NCBI GenBank assembly: GCA_030037595.1
Contig: JASHQJ010000178.1
Span: 1 to 52,027, forward strand
DNA from: Candidatus Binataceae bacterium
Lineage (GTDB): Bacteria; Desulfobacterota; Binatia; Binatales; Binataceae
DNA: 52,027 bases
Direction: 5' to 3'
Shown piece after piece: positions 47,078 through 52,027 of this stretch. Each line of letters begins with the position of its first letter. The first letter of the stretch is position 1. Below the pieces are notes generated by a model. The model did no database searches. It worked only from the letters and a program-made list of their open reading frames with translations, and was not told the DNA's origin. The position numbers and the translations under genes were made by a program.

Positions 47078-47857
47078 TCACTTGGCGTCCTGGAAAATCA
47101 TGCCCAGCGAGAAACGGCATCCGTGCGTGATCGTGCTCACGCCATGCCTGATCGCGACACGATAATAGCCGCGCGAACCGCGCACCGGCCTGAATTGATT
47201 TGGAAAGATGATGCCCTCGCCTTGGTCAAGCGTGATCGCGGTTCCGCGCGACTGCGCTCGTGGCCGCTGCTCGACGAGCAGCAGCTCTCCGCCCTCGAAG
47301 TCGCGGTCACGCTTGCTCAAAGTGCAGGTGAATTGGAGCGGGAACGCGACCTCGCCGTAGAGATCCTGATGCAGGCAGTTGTAGCCGCCCGATTCGTATC
47401 GAAGGACAAGCGGCGTCGGACGTTCCTGGCCGTGCCGATGACACTTGTCGATGAAGCGTTCGAGCGTCGGCGGAAATTCTGATTCGCTGCGGCCGAGCGC
47501 ATGCGACCATCGATTCGCGATTGGCGCGAGCCGCTCGTAGAGAAGCACGCGCATCTTCTCGACCAGTGGTGGCAACGGGCGCGCGAAATACTTGTACTCG
47601 CCGAGGCCGTAATTGAGCCGCTCCATGACGATTCGGCTGCGGAACCGCTCGCGATCATCGTATATCGCGATTAACCCTTCGCACTCCTCGCGCGTAAGCA
47701 CAGATCCGGTCAGCGCGTAGCCGCGATCGTCAAGCTCACGCGCGATACGCTCCCAATCCAGTGCGCCGACGCGCGCGTCAATCGCGGCGGCCGAAACGTC
47801 GCGGGCGCGGCCCGAAGACCGCGCCCGCGTTCGCGAAACCTGCTTTCTTTCGATCAC
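47078..47857 (-). CDS. 2OG-Fe(II) oxygenase (DUF2086/prolyl-hydroxylase-like)
   Basis: FRSRIVM, GEYKYF, YNCLHQDLYGE (HxD), FEGGE..LVEQRPRAQSR, RHGVS. Confidence 0.88.
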   Translation of the reverse strand: MIERKQVSRTRARSSGRARDVSAAAIDARVGALDWERIARELDDRGYALTGSVLTREECEGLIAIYDDRERFRSRIVMERLNYGLGEYKYFARPLPPLVEKMRVLLYERLAPIANRWSHALGRSESEFPPTLERFIDKCHRHGQERPTPLVLRYESGGYNCLHQDLYGEVAFPLQFTCTLSKRDRDFEGGELLLVEQRPRAQSRGTAITLDQGEGIIFPNQFRPVRGSRGYYRVAIRHGVSTITHGCRFSLGMIFQDAK

Positions 47858-48744
47858 TTCGCCTGCGCTTTGACGAAGGCGCCTATTTTCTCGATCGCTT
47901 CTTTCCCTTCGTCGAGCATCGGCGCGAAGATCTGGAAGACGTGGATCATCTTTTCGTACGGTTCGTAGGTAACCTTCACTCCCGCTTTGCGCGCGCGCTC
48001 CGCGAGCCGGGTCGAGTCGTCGAGCAGAGTCTCCGAGGTGCCAACCTGGATGAGCAGCGGCGGCAACCCCGCGAGGTCCGCGTAGAGGGGCGCCGCGAGG
48101 GGAGTGCGCGGATCTTTGCCGGCGAGGTAATGCTTCGCCATCCCGGTCAGAACGTCTTTCTGTACCATCGGATCCTCGGCAGCCTTGGTCGTCATCGATT
48201 CGCCGATTCCTTCAAGATCGATCCACGGCGAAAGGCATACACCCGCGGCCGGCAGCTTCAGATTCTGATCGCGAATCGCGACCAGCGTCGAAACCGTCAG
48301 GCCACCGCCCGCCGAATCTCCCGCAACCACGATCTTCGCGGGCGCCACGCCTTGAGCTACCAGCCACTTGTATGCGGCGACAGAATCCTCGACCGCGGCT
48401 GGGAACGGATGCTCGGGCGCGAGCCGATAGTCGATCAGTAAAACCCGCGACGCGGCCGCGCGTGAAATCATTCCAGTCATCGCGCGATGTGTATTGATCG
48501 AGCCAATCACGTAGCCGCCGCCGTGCAGATAAAGGACGACGCGCGACGCGTCGACTCCTGGAGCCGTCACCCATTCCGCGGGCACAGTGCTCGCCTTGAC
48601 CGGTTCGCATTTTACGTCCGCGGCTACCGGCATCGTATTTCCCATCTGCTCGAAACCCGCACGCATGTCCGCGACAGAAGGATTATCGAGCCGGGGACCG
48701 GCCTTGAGCATCAGGACGAGAGTTTCGAGTTGTTGGATCGACAT
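47854..48744 (-). CDS. HSL-family (family IV) esterase/lactonase
   Basis: HGGGY, DYRLAPEHPFPAA, GDSAGG, SPWIDL, HVFQ; start at MSIQQ (48744) with GAGG RBS. Confidence 0.92.
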   Translation of the reverse strand: MSIQQLETLVLMLKAGPRLDNPSVADMRAGFEQMGNTMPVAADVKCEPVKASTVPAEWVTAPGVDASRVVLYLHGGGYVIGSINTHRAMTGMISRAAASRVLLIDYRLAPEHPFPAAVEDSVAAYKWLVAQGVAPAKIVVAGDSAGGGLTVSTLVAIRDQNLKLPAAGVCLSPWIDLEGIGESMTTKAAEDPMVQKDVLTGMAKHYLAGKDPRTPLAAPLYADLAGLPPLLIQVGTSETLLDDSTRLAERARKAGVKVTYEPYEKMIHVFQIFAPMLDEGKEAIEKIGAFVKAQAK

Positions 48745-48770
48745 GAGAGTTACCTCCTCGATGAAATGCG

Positions 48771-49562
48771 CTACCAGTCCGGTCCCTGGCCGGTGAGGCT
48801 CGGCATGCCCGAGTGAGCCCACAGGCCGCCGTCTGCCACGAAGAACGCGCCCGTGACGAATGATGCCTCGTCGGAGGCGAGAAACAAGACCACGTTGGCG
48901 ATCTCTTGCGGCTGGCCCAGCCGGCCCATGGGAATCGCTTCTTTGATCCTGCCGACGATATCCGGGCGCGAATCTTCCATCCGAAGCAGCGGCGGCGTGC
49001 CGATCGGCCCCGGACATACGCAATTGCATCGGATGCCCTTGCGCGCGTATTCGATTGCCGTCACGCGCGTGATATTGACGACGCCCGCTTTCACTGCGTT
49101 GTACGCGCCCAGGCCGTAGTCGCCGGCGAGTCCTGAGACCGACGCCGTATTGACGATCGCGCCGCGGCCTCGCGGCAGCATCACCCCGATCGCGCACTTG
49201 GTCGCGTACCAATAGGCGGTGAGCCCGACGTCGAGCGTCTTCTGCCATCCCTCGAGCGTGAGGTCGCCGATATGTCCGACGGTGGCGAAGACTGCATTGT
49301 TGTGCAAGATGTCGAGGCGGCCGAACTGCTTCTCCGCGAATGCTATCATGTGCTCGATCTCGGCAGGCTTGCCGATATCGGCGTGATGAAACTCCGCGGT
49401 GCCGCCGGCTTTCCGAATCTCAGCGACGACGCGCTGGCCGCCTTCATCGTTTAGATCGACGACCACCACTGCTGCGCCTTCGCGCGCGAACGTTTTGGCC
49501 GTGGCTTCGCCGATCCCCGAACCGGCGCCGGTGATGAGCGCGATCTTGTCCTTCAGCCGCAT
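48771..49562 (-). CDS. Short-chain dehydrogenase/reductase
   Basis: TGAGSGIG, HNNA, YNAVK, ASDEASFVTG..DGG. Confidence 0.93.
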   Translation of the reverse strand: MRLKDKIALITGAGSGIGEATAKTFAREGAAVVVVDLNDEGGQRVVAEIRKAGGTAEFHHADIGKPAEIEHMIAFAEKQFGRLDILHNNAVFATVGHIGDLTLEGWQKTLDVGLTAYWYATKCAIGVMLPRGRGAIVNTASVSGLAGDYGLGAYNAVKAGVVNITRVTAIEYARKGIRCNCVCPGPIGTPPLLRMEDSRPDIVGRIKEAIPMGRLGQPQEIANVVLFLASDEASFVTGAFFVADGGLWAHSGMPSLTGQGPDW

Positions 49563-49689
49563 GACCGATCGGTCCTTGAACTGGTACTGGCCGCGAGTAT
49601 AGTCCGCCCCGCGCCGCGTCGGCAAAGTGATTTCGCTTGCCGCGCTCGCGCGATGGGTTCTAGAGTCGGAAGCGCCTGGAGTGCATCAA

Positions 49690-50853
49690 ATGAAGGTATC
49701 ACTCTTTTATCTGCCCTCAGTCGGCAACAAGACGGAAATCGAAAAGGGCCGCGTCGGCCTCAACGGCTCGCTCTACGATCAGATGCTCCGCGAAATTACC
49801 GCGCAGGCGCGCCTTGCCGACGATCTCGGTTACGATTCAATCAGTTTCACCGAGCATCACTTCCACGTCGAGGGCTTCGAACTATCGAACAATCCTGTCC
49901 TGCTCGATCTCTACATTGCGATGCAGACCAAGCGGCTTCGCGTTGGGCAGCTTGGAATCGTGCTGCCGTCGCAGAATCCGATACGCGTCGCTGAGGATAT
50001 CGCGATGCTCGATCATATGTCGGGTGGGCGCGCGAACGCCGGCTTCGCGCGCGGCTATCAGCGCCGATGGGTCGATATCATGGCGCAGCAGACGCACGGG
50101 ATTCACGGCGCGCTGCCTCATCAGCACGACGAGATCGACGCCGCCAACCGCGCGGCGTTCGAGGAGAACTTCCGCATCATCAAGCAGGCGTGGACCCAGG
50201 ACTTTATCAACTATGACGGCCGCTACTGGCGGGTGCCGCCGGGCGACACGCCGTGGACGCTGGAGGCGACGCGTAAGTGGGGCGGAGGTATCGAGAACGG
50301 CCTGGTGCGCGCCGTCTCGGTCGTGCCGAAGCCGGTGCAGAAGCCGCATCCTCCGGTGTTCCAGCCGTTCGCGTCGTCGGAGCGCAGCATCCGATGGTGC
50401 GCCGAGCAGGGCGTCACCGCGATCCTGCCGCCGCTGCATCCCGATCTCGAGCGTCACCTCTGCGACGTTTATGCCGGGGTCTCGAAGAAGCCGCTCGGCG
50501 ATGGGATGGGTGTGCTGCGTGACATCGTGATCGCCGACAGCGACGATGAGGCGCGCGCGATCTGGCACGACAGCGGATACTTTTGCGGCCACGAATGGTT
50601 CGAGCCATTCGGCTTTTCCGCCGGCCTCAACGATCCGAAGACCGGCGAGGCTGCCGATCTCTGGAGCAATGGACTCGCGTTCGTCGGCACCGTTGACACT
50701 GTCACGCGCCAACTCGAGCATCTCGTGAAGCGGCTTCCGATCCGCTGGATATTCGCTTGGATGTACAACGGCCTGATGCCACACGACCGCCTGATGAAAA
50801 CGATCGAGCTCTTCTGGACCAAGGTGCTGCCGCGCGTCGCGGATGTGCGTTAG
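49690..50853 (+). CDS. LLM-class flavin-dependent monooxygenase (luciferase-like)
   Basis: ADDLGYDSISFTEHHF, RVAEDIAMLDHMSGGRANAGFARGYQ, PKPVQKPHPP. Confidence 0.9.
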   Translation: MKVSLFYLPSVGNKTEIEKGRVGLNGSLYDQMLREITAQARLADDLGYDSISFTEHHFHVEGFELSNNPVLLDLYIAMQTKRLRVGQLGIVLPSQNPIRVAEDIAMLDHMSGGRANAGFARGYQRRWVDIMAQQTHGIHGALPHQHDEIDAANRAAFEENFRIIKQAWTQDFINYDGRYWRVPPGDTPWTLEATRKWGGGIENGLVRAVSVVPKPVQKPHPPVFQPFASSERSIRWCAEQGVTAILPPLHPDLERHLCDVYAGVSKKPLGDGMGVLRDIVIADSDDEARAIWHDSGYFCGHEWFEPFGFSAGLNDPKTGEAADLWSNGLAFVGTVDTVTRQLEHLVKRLPIRWIFAWMYNGLMPHDRLMKTIELFWTKVLPRVADVR

Positions 50854-50901
50854 CTGCTCGCTGCTGATACATAGATCGCGCCGGCCGAGGGCCGGCTGGT
50901 G

Positions 50902-52027
50902 ATGCTCGCACCGCTCACGACCGCAAATTTCCTTGGCGATCTCGCGCTGGTACTGTGCGTCGCCGCACTCACGACGGTTATCTTCCAGGCGATGCGCCAG
51001 CCGGTCGTGGTCGGCTACCTGGTGGCGGGGATGGTGGTGGGACCCCATCTAAGGGTTCCGCTGCTCGCCAACTACGATCGCATCCACACGCTCTCCGAGT
51101 TCGGCGTGATCCTGCTGATGTTCGCGCTGGGGCTCGAGTTCAGCGTGCGCAAGTTGATCAAGCTTGGTCCGACGTCGGGGTTCATCACGGCCATCCAGGT
51201 CGGTTTGATGATCTGGCTTGGCTACATCTGCGGCAAGGCGATGGGCTGGACGCCGCTCGAGAGCATCTTTACAGGAGCGTTCCTCTCAATCTCGAGCACC
51301 ACGATCGTCGCCAAGGCCTACGAGGAGACATCCACCACCCAGCGCCTGCGGGATCTCGTGTTCGGCGTGCTTCTGATGGAGGACCTGACCGCGGTGGTCG
51401 AGCTCGCGATCCTGACCGCGCTCGCCTCCGGTACGCAGGTTTCGGCGCCGATGCTGTTCAGGACGGTCGCGCACCTGGTGATCTTTCTCGCGCTGTTGGT
51501 CGGCATCGGTATCATCGTCGTGCCGCGCGTGATCAGGCTCGTCGTACGGCTGAACCGGCCTGAGACCACGCTGATCGCGAGCGTGGGAATCGCGTTCGGG
51601 CTTGCGCTGCTGGCAGAGCATGCCGGCTACTCGGTGGCACTCGGCGCGTTTCTCGGCGGATCGCTGGTCGCGGAGTCGGGTGAAGTGCATTCGATCGAGC
51701 ACCTGGTCGCGCCGGTGCGCGATCTCTTTGGTGCGGTGTTCTTCGTCTCAGTCGGGATGATGATCGATCCGAGCCTCATCGCCGAGCACTGGCTCGCGAT
51801 GATCTTGCTGGTCGGCGCGGTTATCGTCGGAAAGGTCGTTGCGGTTGGACTCGGCTCACTGATGAGTGGCGCGGGAATCACGACCTCGGTCGAGGCGGGC
51901 ATGAGCCTCGCGCAAATCGGCGAGTTCTCGTTCATCATCGCGGGCGTCGGATTGCGCCTGAACGCGAGCCGTGACTTTATCTACACGCTCGCGGTCGCGG
52001 TCTCCGCGATTACGACCTTCACCACGC
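50902..52027 (+). CDS. Cation:proton antiporter (CPA2, Kef/YbaL-like), 3'-truncated
   Basis: Manual translation: RQPVVVGYLVAGMVVGP, LSEFGVILLMFALGLEFS, SISSTTIVAK, LLMED, ALGAFLGG, RDLFGAVFFVSVG, LAQIGEFSF. No stop before the window end. Confidence 0.92.
   Translation, partial: MLAPLTTANFLGDLALVLCVAALTTVIFQAMRQPVVVGYLVAGMVVGPHLRVPLLANYDRIHTLSEFGVILLMFALGLEFSVRKLIKLGPTSGFITAIQVGLMIWLGYICGKAMGWTPLESIFTGAFLSISSTTIVAKAYEETSTTQRLRDLVFGVLLMEDLTAVVELAILTALASGTQVSAPMLFRTVAHLVIFLALLVGIGIIVVPRVIRLVVRLNRPETTLIASVGIAFGLALLAEHAGYSVALGAFLGGSLVAESGEVHSIEHLVAPVRDLFGAVFFVSVGMMIDPSLIAEHWLAMILLVGAVIVGKVVAVGLGSLMSGAGITTSVEAGMSLAQIGEFSFIIAGVGLRLNASRDFIYTLAVAVSAITTFTT

Noticed and set aside
47854..49248. 464-aa ORF suggesting an SDR-esterase fusion or programmed frameshift
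   Set aside because: The extension is Arg-rich off-frame translation of the SDR. The esterase has its own RBS and ATG at 48744, and no slippery site was noticed.

Overview
A 52 kb, GC-rich stretch of ordinary bacterial chromosome. The gene content (amidohydrolase-2, acyl-CoA dehydrogenases, luciferase-like oxidoreductases, rplM-rpsI-argC synteny) suggests a Deltaproteobacteria-like organism, possibly Candidatus Binatota; this is inference, not verified. In order, the window holds: a small catabolic operon (MDR dehydrogenase, amidohydrolase, acyl-CoA dehydrogenase, DUF3237); an ISC Fe-S operon (iscS-iscU-iscA-hscB-hscA-iscX) that lacks iscR and fdx but keeps an IscR-like box; and a conserved-looking hypothetical gene. 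Next come a TetR/SDR pair and a secreted Tyr/Gly/Asn-rich low-complexity protein behind a sigma54-type promoter. An ethylmalonyl-CoA pathway cluster follows (ccr divergent from maoC1-mcd-maoC2-mcl), in which mesaconyl-CoA hydratase appears split into two genes around the dehydrogenase; this is the most notable feature. The rest comprises tRNA-Asp-rplM-rpsI, a CHASE2 cyclase, argC, an RND pump without an outer-membrane factor, a dienelactone hydrolase/LOG operon, several MFS transporters, PPK2, an SDR/esterase/LLM group and a truncated CPA2 antiporter. Three decayed pseudogenes and two REP-like palindromes are present. No CRISPR array, integrase or transposase was seen. All family calls come from motif recognition only; no database searches were run.
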